A stretch of DNA of 43,299 nt from a virus (lineage: Duplodnaviria; Heunggongvirae; Uroviricota; Caudoviricetes): IMG/VR virus record IMGVR_UViG_2703718838_000011. The stretch is one strand, 5' to 3'. Both the position numbers and the translations under genes were made by a program. Positions 34,865 to 43,299 of this stretch are shown in pieces; position 1 is the stretch's first letter; every line of letters starts with the position of its first letter. Under the pieces are notes generated by a model. That model was not told the DNA's origin. It saw only the letters and a program-made list of their open reading frames with translations, and made no database searches.

Positions 34865-34890
34865 ACCGGCATTATGCCGGTTTTCATATT
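34864..34890 (+). terminator. rho-independent terminator ending the cI operon
   Basis: Stem AACCGGC/GCCGGTT (34864-34870/34876-34882) followed by TTTCATATTCCTTTT. Confidence 0.7.
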
Positions 34891-35207
34891 CCTTTTCTCA
34901 CCATAGCAGTGACATCCCACAACACTCCTTTGTGAATCACATTTCCAACCGCGCGACGCTTAGTCTCCAAGCTATCTACTATCGCATCTCGACTTATCAC
35001 CACACCGTTGATTATCTACTCGACAACTGCACCGCCAATCTCGCCAGCCATGAAAGCAGCGCGATCTTCCAGCAGCTCATCACGTGACATATCCATTCCT
35101 AAACCCATATCAATATCCCCGCCTGGTGTTTTTTTGAGCATATCACGCATCTCATACAAAAATAAATCACTTTATAAATCAAATAATAATCGGCAAAATC
35201 ACAATAT

Positions 35208-35250
35208 TATCGTTTAAGCGATTGATAAAATAAATCGCCTTAGCTATCAT
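35208..35250 (+). promoter_or_regulatory. candidate OL/PL: promoter TTGATA-N17-TATCAT with AATCGC-type operator half-sites
   Basis: -35 TTGATA 35222-35227, -10 TATCAT 35245-35250; TATCGTTTAAGCGATT at 35208-35223 and AATCGC at 35233-35238. Confidence 0.4.
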
Positions 35251-35329
35251 CACCCCATCGAGAAACACTAAGCGCATCAAGTTCAAACGTTCCGCTGGCC
35301 TGGCGACAAGGGCAAACGAGGGGATTGAG

Positions 35330-35599
35330 ATGAAAGGTAATACGAAGAAAACAGGCATGATCGGCTTTGGAGCATGCTGGGCACGTAAATTCTATTCACG
35401 CCAAAAGCCAATGCAACTCCCAAGTTCTCGATCGAATGGCGGGAAAGGTTCAAACAGCCCTGAAGCAAAACACCATCGCCGCGCCCAGCAGAGATTCAAC
35501 AAAACAGGCGGCATTCCTCGCGGCAAAGCCTACGTGAAAATGTACCGCCTGGGATATCGCAGCGAGAGCCGAAAAGACCTTATGCGAGCGACTCAATAG
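35330..35599 (+). CDS. small basic protein, possible N-like antiterminator (first gene after PL)
   Basis: ATG 35330 with SD GAGGGGA; 89 aa, Lys/Arg/Gly-rich, low complexity; assignment by position only. Confidence 0.3.
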   Translation: MKGNTKKTGMIGFGACWARKFYSRQKPMQLPSSRSNGGKGSNSPEAKHHRRAQQRFNKTGGIPRGKAYVKMYRLGYRSESRKDLMRATQ

Positions 35600-35873
35600 G
35601 TTTCAGGGCTAACGGCTGATCCTGTTCCGGCACATATCGCTCTTTGACAATAACAGCCAGTTTTTGCTTAGCCGCAGGGTCGTCATTAGATGTGACGAGT
35701 CTGTTTATCTGTTCTGAAAGTGAAAACCATCCGTGAGTATCGCAAACGTAAACCACTGATGGAACTTCACGAATAGTTGGTGGTTTTACTTTGATGTTAA
35801 CCAACTGATTTGTCTGGTTAAAAGACAAAGAATCTTCACCACAAATAGGACATGGCTTAGTTACTGATTTCAT
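35580..35873 (-). CDS. zinc-ribbon protein of unknown function, antisense to the early-left operon
   Basis: ATG 35873 with SD AAGGA; CPICG...C.THG motif; 97 aa. Confidence 0.4.
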   Translation of the reverse strand: MKSVTKPCPICGEDSLSFNQTNQLVNIKVKPPTIREVPSVVYVCDTHGWFSLSEQINRLVTSNDDPAAKQKLAVIVKERYVPEQDQPLALKPIESLA

Positions 35874-35893
35874 AGTTATTCCTTGCTGGCTGT

Positions 35894-36259
35894 GTGAGAA
35901 CTACCAGCATACCACCGAGCCTGAAGTGGATAAAAGACAGGCACATAAGAGTGGGTTTCGCGGTGGTGAACTGCAGAGTTAAAACGCTCAACTGTGAAGA
36001 TCAGCACCACGGCACCACCAGCGAAGTTCACTCAGCAATAGTGGAGAACATCATGGTTCATCAGCACTACGGTACACAGACAGTAAACCGCGGCGCAGTT
36101 CAGCCTGGAATGCTCGTCAAACACAAGGATTCAACCTGGACGGCATCAGCTAATGCTCGTGGTCGTTTGTATCTGCATCGCGGCGTTGAGATGACTTACA
36201 CCAGGGATTTGCTGGTTGAAGTTTACCTGAACGGTCTGGGGCATGGACTCAGCCACTAG
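35894..36259 (+). CDS. hypothetical protein (start uncertain: GTG 35894 or ATG 36053 with SD GGAGAA)
   Basis: 121-aa ORF in track; internal ATG at 36053 has a better RBS. Confidence 0.35.
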   Translation: MRTTSIPPSLKWIKDRHIRVGFAVVNCRVKTLNCEDQHHGTTSEVHSAIVENIMVHQHYGTQTVNRGAVQPGMLVKHKDSTWTASANARGRLYLHRGVEMTYTRDLLVEVYLNGLGHGLSH

Positions 36260-36270
36260 CGGAGGATGTC

Positions 36271-36432
36271 ATGTTAGACAAGAAATGCGGATATTGCGGC
36301 AAGCCGGTTAAACCGGAAGAAGTAATCAAAAGCACCCTTCTCTATCGCAACGGCTCACAGCTGGCGCGTAAAGAGAAAGAGTATTGCTCCAGACGTTGCG
36401 CTTCGCACGACCAGATGGCTCACGAAGGCTAA
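36271..36432 (+). CDS. small zinc-binding protein (53 aa, YdaE-like position)
   Basis: ATG 36271 with SD GGAGGA; MLDKKCGYCGKPVKPEE...CSRRCASHDQMAHEG; below track cutoff. Confidence 0.4.
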   Translation: MLDKKCGYCGKPVKPEEVIKSTLLYRNGSQLARKEKEYCSRRCASHDQMAHEG

Positions 36433-36571
36433 CGTAAAACCCGCGCAAGGCGGGATCTACGTCCGGTGCCACCGACCAAAGTTACACCGGAAACAACATT
36501 AAAACCAAAGTTAACCCAATGGGCGCTATCAATGGTCCGGGAATTCTAGCACCCAAAAAAGAGGATCTCAC

Positions 36572-39500
36572 ATGGAATTTCCATATGTAGTTAAAGCCAC
36601 GCAAAAGTCGGGAAAGCCTGATGCTTTTGTCTGGTTCACTGCAAAAACAGAGGCTCGCGCCAACCTGATGCTGGATGTTGCGCTGGAAGATGCTGGCATC
36701 GAAACGGGCCGTGGCAAGGACTACGCCAAACCGATTCGCACTGATTTCCCGGTTGTTGACGACCTGCCAGAAGAAGGTGAGATTGATTTCACCTGGTGTG
36801 ATCGCTACGAACTTCAGGACGATGGGCGCACCTGGCTGCCAAAAGCCGCTGGTGAGTCTACTGGCACCGTTGACGCCTCCTCCACACCTACTCCGACCGT
36901 AATCGTTGAAGACGCGACTGCGTCCGAAATTGTCCCGGTTGAAAACCGTACTCCAGCAGTCCGCTATGCCGTCCATCTGATGATTGATAAATACCAGACT
37001 CATATCACTAAAGAGCAGCAACTGGCTGCCAGCGAAATGTCAATGGATGAAGGAAATACATATCTCCAGAGCATGCTTGTGGCAAGGAACGATGTGCCCG
37101 CGACCGCCAAACTCAGCCTGAATGCTGAGTGGAAAATGATTCGGGCGGTTAAGGACATTTTCACACCAGACGAAGAGCACGAACCAAGATTGATCGCTGC
37201 ATTCATGTCTGACTGGGTGAACACCGATGCCGGTGACCGCAATCAACTGGTAGAAGACTGGCGCAGTGGTAAGTTGCAGTTGCTCAAAACTGAAACCAGC
37301 AACGCTGCTGACGTTACAACGGGTCAAGATCTCACTGTTGAGGACGGTATCCAGGCCGACGAGCACGGCCGGGCAGAAGGTGGCGTCGTTGATAGTGAAG
37401 TCGATACCGAAGAGCAATCCCAGCAGATACAGCAACCGAACCTGATCGTTGTTGCCACCCTGCCTTTCCGCCAGCGCGTACTGGCTCAGTTCATCGGTGA
37501 TGGTGAATATCTCTATCACGTCGATGCCGGGCAGAAAAACGATATTGTCCGTCTTGAGATGGACACTGATGACGCGTACGTCCAGAACCTCCTGCTGGCT
37601 GCTGAGAATGTAGAAGCATTCAAAAAAGCTATTGATCTCGACATCCATAGAGTCGTGAAAGCCGTTAAGCAAGTATTCTCTGTCGACGGGAAAAAACCTG
37701 ATCTGGCAACAGTTATCCAGTTCCTGACGGTGTGGTTCAAAACTGATTACATTGACCGCGGCATCCTGGCACGCGAATGGGCCGCCGGTAACCGCATCAG
37801 TAATGTTCAGCGCACCGATTCTGGTACCAACGCTGATGGCGGATATGTCACTGACCGTGGACCTGACGCACACCACACCCTGGACACTCTCGATTTAGAG
37901 ATTGCCTGTGCCCTTCTGCCTATGGACTTCAACCACTTCGAGATCCCAGGCAGCATTCTTCGTCGCGCCAAAGAAATCGTGACCAAAAAAGAAGAACCGT
38001 GGAAATCATGGAGCAGCATTCTGCGCAATCAGCCTGGCGCTCTTGGCGTTAACCGCACGGCTATTTTTAACCTGGTACGTATCGCGCCGGAAAATATTCA
38101 TCTAACCCCTGTCGCTCACCTGGAATTTGTTAACCAGACCATGACTGCTGAATTCAACTCTGCGGTTGAGTTATTGCCGTTGCATGAAGCTGAAGTAGCA
38201 ACTCAGGAAATTCACCAACCTGAAAGTAAGGAGTCTCCGCGCAAATCCTTCTGCACTCACGAAGAGAACCTGCAACGCGTGCGTGAAGAAGGAGCACGCC
38301 GCCGCGCAGAGGAAGCTGCGGCACAACCGCAGAAAGTCGAACAAGAACTGGTTAAAAATGTCGGCAACGGAATATTCGACGTTACGGCTTTGCTGCAGAA
38401 CTCAGCTACTCATGGCACGAAAAAGGCTACGGAGACCACCAGCAATGTGCAGGTTCAAGAAACTGTCAGTGATGAAAAACAGGCTGGTACTGAAGTGCAG
38501 TCAGGCAAAAGCAGTATGGAAACTGGTGAAGAATCAGATACCAGCCAGCAAGCCGATGTAAACCAGAATACGGATTCTGTCGCCCAAAATAGCGATTCTG
38601 TAAACCAGACTGAACCAGTTTTGGCACAAACCGAGCCAGATGCCCAATCTGACGAACCAGCTGTTGTTTACCCCGCTTACTTCGAGCCAGGTCGCTATGA
38701 AGGTCTGCCGAACGAGGTTTATCACGCAGCGAACGGGATCAGCAGCACGCAGGTAAAAGATGCCCGCGTTAGCCTGATGTACTTCAACGCGCGCCACGTT
38801 GCCAAAACGATCACCAAAGAGCGTTCTCCGGTGCTGGACATGGGTAACCTGGTTCATGCACTGGCGTTGCAGCCAGAGCAGCTCGATGAGGAATTCAGCG
38901 TTGAACCGGTAATTCCGGAAGGCGCATTCACCACGACGGCAACGATCCGCGCGTTTATCGATGATTACAACGCAGGTCTGCAAGCGCTGCTGAGTGCAGA
39001 TGAGATCAAAGCCTTGCTCGAAGAATACAACGCCACTCTGCCAGCACAGGTGCCGCTGGGTGGTTCAGTCGAGGAAACTGGTCAGAGCTATATGTCGCTT
39101 CCTGAAGAGTATCAGCGTATCGAAGCGGACCAGAAGCAGACCGCAGCGGCGATGAAAGCCTGCATCAAGGAATACAACGCCACTCTGCCAGCACAGGTGA
39201 AAACCAGCGGTAGCCGTGATGCGTTACTCGAGCAGCTGGCAATCATCAATCCTGACCTGGTGGCCCAGGAAGCGCAGAAGCCGCAACCGCTGAAAGTGTC
39301 CGGTACCAAATCAGACCTGATACAGGCCGTGAAGTCTGTTAATCCGGACGCCGTCTTCGCCGACGAATTGCTGGATGCCTGGCGTGAGAATCCGCAAGGA
39401 AAAGTTCTGGTCACCCGCCAGCAACTGTGCACCGCACTGGCCATTCAGAAAGCCCTGCTCCAGCACCCAACCGCCGGGATGCTACTCCAGCACCCGAGCC

Positions 39501-39961
39501 GCGCCGTGGAGGTCAGCTACTTTGGTTTTGACGACGAAACTGGGCTTGAAGTCCGCGTTCGTCCAGACCTTGAGATCGATCTGGACGGAGTGCGCATCGG
39601 TGCCGACCTGAAAACCATCAGCATGTGGAACATTAAGCAGGAAGGCCTGCGCGCCAAACTGCACCGCGAAATCATCGACCGTGACTACCACCTGAGCGCG
39701 GCTATGTATTGCGAGACCGCAGCACTGGATCAGTTCTTCTGGATTTTCGTCAACAAAGACGAGAACTACCACTGGATCGCCATCATTGAGGCATCAACCG
39801 AACTGCTGGAACTGGGCATGCTCGAGTACCGCAAGGCGATGCGCGCTATCGCTACCGGTTTTGACACTGGCGAGTGGCCAGCGCCGATCACCGCAGACTA
39901 CACCGACGAACTGAACGACTTCGACCTGCGCCGCCTTGAAGCGCTGCGTACTCAGGCATAA
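36572..39961 (+). CDS. recE: RecE-like exonuclease VIII (large N-terminal extension plus C-terminal PD-(D/E)XK nuclease domain)
   Basis: 1129 aa; C-terminal region ...VRPDLEIDLDG..IGADLKTISM... with nuclease-type motifs; immediately followed by SSAP gene as in Rac recE-recT. Confidence 0.75.
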   Translation: MEFPYVVKATQKSGKPDAFVWFTAKTEARANLMLDVALEDAGIETGRGKDYAKPIRTDFPVVDDLPEEGEIDFTWCDRYELQDDGRTWLPKAAGESTGTVDASSTPTPTVIVEDATASEIVPVENRTPAVRYAVHLMIDKYQTHITKEQQLAASEMSMDEGNTYLQSMLVARNDVPATAKLSLNAEWKMIRAVKDIFTPDEEHEPRLIAAFMSDWVNTDAGDRNQLVEDWRSGKLQLLKTETSNAADVTTGQDLTVEDGIQADEHGRAEGGVVDSEVDTEEQSQQIQQPNLIVVATLPFRQRVLAQFIGDGEYLYHVDAGQKNDIVRLEMDTDDAYVQNLLLAAENVEAFKKAIDLDIHRVVKAVKQVFSVDGKKPDLATVIQFLTVWFKTDYIDRGILAREWAAGNRISNVQRTDSGTNADGGYVTDRGPDAHHTLDTLDLEIACALLPMDFNHFEIPGSILRRAKEIVTKKEEPWKSWSSILRNQPGALGVNRTAIFNLVRIAPENIHLTPVAHLEFVNQTMTAEFNSAVELLPLHEAEVATQEIHQPESKESPRKSFCTHEENLQRVREEGARRRAEEAAAQPQKVEQELVKNVGNGIFDVTALLQNSATHGTKKATETTSNVQVQETVSDEKQAGTEVQSGKSSMETGEESDTSQQADVNQNTDSVAQNSDSVNQTEPVLAQTEPDAQSDEPAVVYPAYFEPGRYEGLPNEVYHAANGISSTQVKDARVSLMYFNARHVAKTITKERSPVLDMGNLVHALALQPEQLDEEFSVEPVIPEGAFTTTATIRAFIDDYNAGLQALLSADEIKALLEEYNATLPAQVPLGGSVEETGQSYMSLPEEYQRIEADQKQTAAAMKACIKEYNATLPAQVKTSGSRDALLEQLAIINPDLVAQEAQKPQPLKVSGTKSDLIQAVKSVNPDAVFADELLDAWRENPQGKVLVTRQQLCTALAIQKALLQHPTAGMLLQHPSRAVEVSYFGFDDETGLEVRVRPDLEIDLDGVRIGADLKTISMWNIKQEGLRAKLHREIIDRDYHLSAAMYCETAALDQFFWIFVNKDENYHWIAIIEASTELLELGMLEYRKAMRAIATGFDTGEWPAPITADYTDELNDFDLRRLEALRTQA

Positions 39962-39973
39962 GGGGAAAAGAAC

Positions 39974-41065
39974 ATGTCTACTGCAATTACTACCAACGAA
40001 AACAAGACGCAAATGATCGATAACATCTCAATTTTGACTAATGGGGAACTTTTCGACCGCCTACGCACCTTGTCGACAGTGATGGCAAATAGTGGCGCTT
40101 TTGTACCTGACCACTTCCGCGGAAAACCAGATGCCTGCATGGCTGTGGTCATGCAGGCCGCACGATGGGGTATGGACCCCTTTGCCGTAGCTCAGAAGAC
40201 CCACATCGTCGGTAATAGCGGAGTGTTGGGTTACGAAGCTCAACTGGTTAATGCGGTTGTTACCAACATGTCGCCTACAAAAGATCGCCTTCATTACGAT
40301 TGGTTTGGCCCATGGGAAAACATCATTGGTCGATTTGTAGAGAGAACCAGTTCTAAAGGCAATAAGTACATCGCGCCCGGTTGGGATTTAAAGGATGAGG
40401 CCGGTGTAGGAATTCGTGTGTGGGCAACGATGAAAGGCGAGGATGAGCCACGCGAACTGGTACTCATGCTTTCTCAGGCTCAGGTTCGTAATTCGACACT
40501 ATGGGCAAGTGATCCGCGTCAGCAGCTCGCTTATCTCGCGGTAAAGCGCTGGGCTCGCTTGTACTGCCCTGATGTGATTCTTGGTGTTTACAGTGCCGAT
40601 GAAGTCGAAGAACGAGAAGAAAAAGTTATTAACCCTGGCTCAGCCCAACGAATGAGCGTTGCTGAAATCGCAGGTGACACCGTCACAACTACGCAAAGCG
40701 CACACGAATCGTCGGTAAATATCGACGCTCTTGCCGATGATTTCCGCGAGCGCATCGAGGCAGCACAGGATGTTGATAGCGCCAAAGCACTGCGTGCTGA
40801 TATCGAAAGCGCGAAGGCCACGCTCGGATCTGCCCTGTTCACCGAGCTGAAGAATAAGGCAGTGAAGCGCTACTACCTGGTTGATTCACGTAACAAGGTT
40901 GAAGCCGCGATAAACTCCCTGCCGTCTCCGGATGATCCGGATGCAGCTGAACGGTTTGGGGAAGTTGAGCGAGTTCTTGCAACGGCGAAACGTCATCTGG
41001 GCGACGAACTGCACGATCAGTTCAGCATCACCTTGGCGGATATGAAACCGGAATACGTGGCCTAA
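39974..41065 (+). CDS. recT: single-strand annealing protein, RecT/Redbeta-like recombinase
   Basis: 363-aa ORF directly downstream of recE-like gene; family by position and loose motif similarity. Confidence 0.6.
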   Translation: MSTAITTNENKTQMIDNISILTNGELFDRLRTLSTVMANSGAFVPDHFRGKPDACMAVVMQAARWGMDPFAVAQKTHIVGNSGVLGYEAQLVNAVVTNMSPTKDRLHYDWFGPWENIIGRFVERTSSKGNKYIAPGWDLKDEAGVGIRVWATMKGEDEPRELVLMLSQAQVRNSTLWASDPRQQLAYLAVKRWARLYCPDVILGVYSADEVEEREEKVINPGSAQRMSVAEIAGDTVTTTQSAHESSVNIDALADDFRERIEAAQDVDSAKALRADIESAKATLGSALFTELKNKAVKRYYLVDSRNKVEAAINSLPSPDDPDAAERFGEVERVLATAKRHLGDELHDQFSITLADMKPEYVA

Positions 41066-41099
41066 GGGAGGCGGGAGGGCGAACCCTCCCGGTAACGAG

Positions 41100-41444
41100 A
41101 TGAGTAAATCTTTAAACGCACGCTGCATCCGCCGCTGGGAAATTGAGTTCAAAGGACGTTGCGATTCGAAAGTAAGTCCTTGGTGGCGCAAACACCACCT
41201 TCGCGGTTACATCCGGGAATGCGCCCTGACAACTGCCGACTGCATGGTTGAGCGTATGGCTGAGGACAACGCTCTGGTTGATTTTCAAGGTAATGGTCGC
41301 GGCTGGTCACCGGAGTTCTCTGCTTGGTACCACGAACGCCGAGAACAGTATCTCAAAGAGGCGCGCGACTATCTAAACGAAGACGCCACCAATGACGAGA
41401 TCGACGAGGAAATTCAGAACGAGCTGGAGGCCTGGAATGACTGA
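41100..41444 (+). CDS. hypothetical protein
   Basis: 114-aa ORF; stop overlaps next start. Confidence 0.4.
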   Translation: MSKSLNARCIRRWEIEFKGRCDSKVSPWWRKHHLRGYIRECALTTADCMVERMAEDNALVDFQGNGRGWSPEFSAWYHERREQYLKEARDYLNEDATNDEIDEEIQNELEAWND

Positions 41445-41631
41445 GCTGAATTATAACCCGGCAGACCCCGACAAAATGAAACTCCCGAAGGGTAAGACTT
41501 GCGGCGACTGCGCCCATATCCGCCGCTGTAAGACAATTTTCGGGCATACCGAAACTGATACATATTGCGATTGGTCGCCGTCTCGAGCAATTTTCCGTCA
41601 ATCATCCAACCCAGATGGCGGTGAAGCATGA
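41437..41631 (+). CDS. small zinc-ribbon-like protein
   Basis: ATG 41437 with SD GGAGG; MTELNYNPADPDKMKLPKGKTCGDCAHIRRC...YCDW; 64 aa. Confidence 0.4.
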   Translation: MTELNYNPADPDKMKLPKGKTCGDCAHIRRCKTIFGHTETDTYCDWSPSRAIFRQSSNPDGGEA

Positions 41632-41870
41632 AACTGATTAACCGCGGCAATCAGCAATCCCCGATAGCGCGTCAGGCATGCGACATCGCGCTGGCCACTC
41701 ATCACGAACGCTACGGCGACTACGGACGCAGCAAGATGAAGGAAACGTACACGGTGAGAGTTGAAGGTGTGAAGGTCTGGGTGGAGGTAGTGAACCGCAA
41801 GGCGAGCTACGTGGCCACGGCGATGACAGGCATGCGCCGTCTCCGCTCCCTGCCCGGGCAGGTTGGTTGA
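41628..41870 (+). CDS. hypothetical protein
   Basis: 80-aa ORF, ATGA overlap with upstream gene. Confidence 0.4.
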   Translation: MKLINRGNQQSPIARQACDIALATHHERYGDYGRSKMKETYTVRVEGVKVWVEVVNRKASYVATAMTGMRRLRSLPGQVG

Positions 41871-41911
41871 AAAAGATTTTGAATGGCCCGAACGGGCAAC
41901 TGGAGAGAGCT

Positions 41912-42109
41912 ATGGATGATATTTTGGTAACGTCAGACCTGACCAGTCGCTACAAAATTTCACGCAAAACCCTTTGGTCATGGCAAAGTGCAGACACAAT
42001 GCCTCGGGGCTTCGTATGCCCGTTCCCACCCCCTGACTGGCCCGGCAACCCTAACCGCTGGCGCTCTGAGTCAATCAAAGAGTGGGAGGATAAAAAGAAG
42101 ATAAATTAA
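41912..42109 (+). CDS. xis: excisionase / AlpA-family DNA-binding protein
   Basis: ATG 41912 with SD GGAGAGAG; 65 aa; ...[14 protein letters not shown] resembles AlpA/Xis C-terminus; 3' end overlaps integrase 3' end. Confidence 0.6.
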
Positions 42110-43299
42110 CTGAAGGGCTCTCCGATGATCTCTTCAAGATGGCTCTGCCAAACGCGGAGCCAGTGTTTCTGATCATCGATATAGTCATGAAGGTTGTAAT
42201 GCGCCATAACCCCCACCATCTGATGCCCGAGCAGCTTTTCAATTACGTGCGGCGGGCAACCTAACTCAGAGAGATTTGTGGCTATCGTCCGCCTCATATC
42301 ATGAAGCGACCACTCTGCCATACCTGTTCCATTCCAAATAGAACGGGCGTAATTGGATGCCACAGGTGAATGAACGGGCGAATCTTTGATCCCGCCATCA
42401 ATTTTACGTTGTGAAGTCACCAGGTGATTGGTGTTTATTTTCTTGAGGTGATTTCTGACCAGGTTAACGGCGGCGTCTGAGAGTCCCCTTCTAATATGTA
42501 CCCGAGTTTTATAACTGCCCGCAGGCACGACCCACTCATTATCATCCAATCGAAACCATGATCTCTCACTAAGTCGAATCTCAGCCGTACGGCATCCGGT
42601 AAGCATAATAAATTTCACCAGGAAAACGGACTCTATCGACATATGGCTTTTCAACCACTGATAGATTTTGCGCAGATCGTCATCGTCCATCCTGCGAGTT
42701 CTCTTTTTAGGCTTTTGCCCGACATCAGATGGCAGTAATCCCTCGAGTGGGTTTGAGGCGATCACACTTCTGTTAACGCAGAACCTAAACGCCCGTTTGC
42801 ACAGCGAAAGCATGTAATGAGCCATCACCCTGCTTTCTATAGAATCGAAGACGTTGATCCAGTGCATTTTCGCTGTGTTATCGACTTTGACATTCTTCAT
42901 CGGTTCGGCGATATGTTTCTCAAACACCTGGCGATAGTAATCGACTTTAACTAGCCCGTTAGCGATACAGTGCCTTTCAATCCAGTAATTGAACGCTTCG
43001 GCAACGGACATCGCTTCCTGTCGGGTCTGCTTATCCAGCTTCACCTGCTCTCGCGGATCCAGTCCCTCAGTTAACCAGTTTCTGAATTGTTGGCGACGCT
43101 CTCTTGCCTGGGTGATACTCATTGCAGGATAATCACCAACATTGAGTTTTACCGCTTTACCGGCCCAGCGATACCGATAGAAAAATGATATTTTTCCGGC
43201 CTGGCTGATTCTGGCGTTGAGCCCGTGCGAATCAGAAATAATCTCGATATCATCTCTTTTCTTGCCGAGCGCCTTCCTGAGCTTTGTGTCGGTGATCAT
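42106..43299 (-). CDS. int: tyrosine recombinase / phage integrase (P4-type)
   Basis: 397 aa, ATG is the last three bases of the window; C-terminal catalytic region HDMRRT...LGH...HY consistent with R-H-R-Y integrase motifs. Confidence 0.9.

Noticed and set aside
37040-37876. 278-aa minus-strand ORF
   Set aside because: Antisense within recE; no start context; the recE frame is clearly the coding one.

Overview
The whole 43.3 kb window lies inside one mosaic lambdoid prophage of an enterobacterium (Escherichia/Salmonella-like; RusA, YbcO and YbcN are close to the E. coli DLP12 proteins as I remember them, and IS200 is present). All calls are from reading the six-frame translations and the DNA by eye; no database search or tRNA/structure prediction was run. 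Left to right: a Mu-like contractile tail and baseplate module on the minus strand (tail fiber 5' end at the left edge), interrupted by an IS200 copy; tape measure, tube and sheath; a lambda-like head module (gpE-type capsid, decoration, scaffold, S49 protease, portal, gpW); terminase A and Nu1 with a cos-like repeat array; a cluster of small accessory genes; a lysis cassette (two holins, GH19 endolysin, overlapping spanins); a two-gene late-operon cargo (66-aa protein plus an SDH-family Clp-fold serine protease) between the Q-dependent late promoter and the lysis genes; Q; a nin region (ylcG-like, rusA, ybcO-like, ybcN-like); more small genes including a secreted protein with its own promoter; an odd tRNA-like gene; a frameshifted small methyltransferase; replication genes (DnaC-like loader, replisome organizer with iterons); YdaT-like; the cro | cI switch with AATCGC-type operators; a two-gene cassette cotranscribed with cI in the rexAB-equivalent slot; an early-left operon with recE and recT; excisionase; and a tyrosine integrase starting at the right edge. 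The best candidates for an undescribed system are the cI-linked cassette (33873-34864) and the Q-downstream protease cassette (24027-25139), followed by the tRNA-like gene and the nin-region small-gene cluster.
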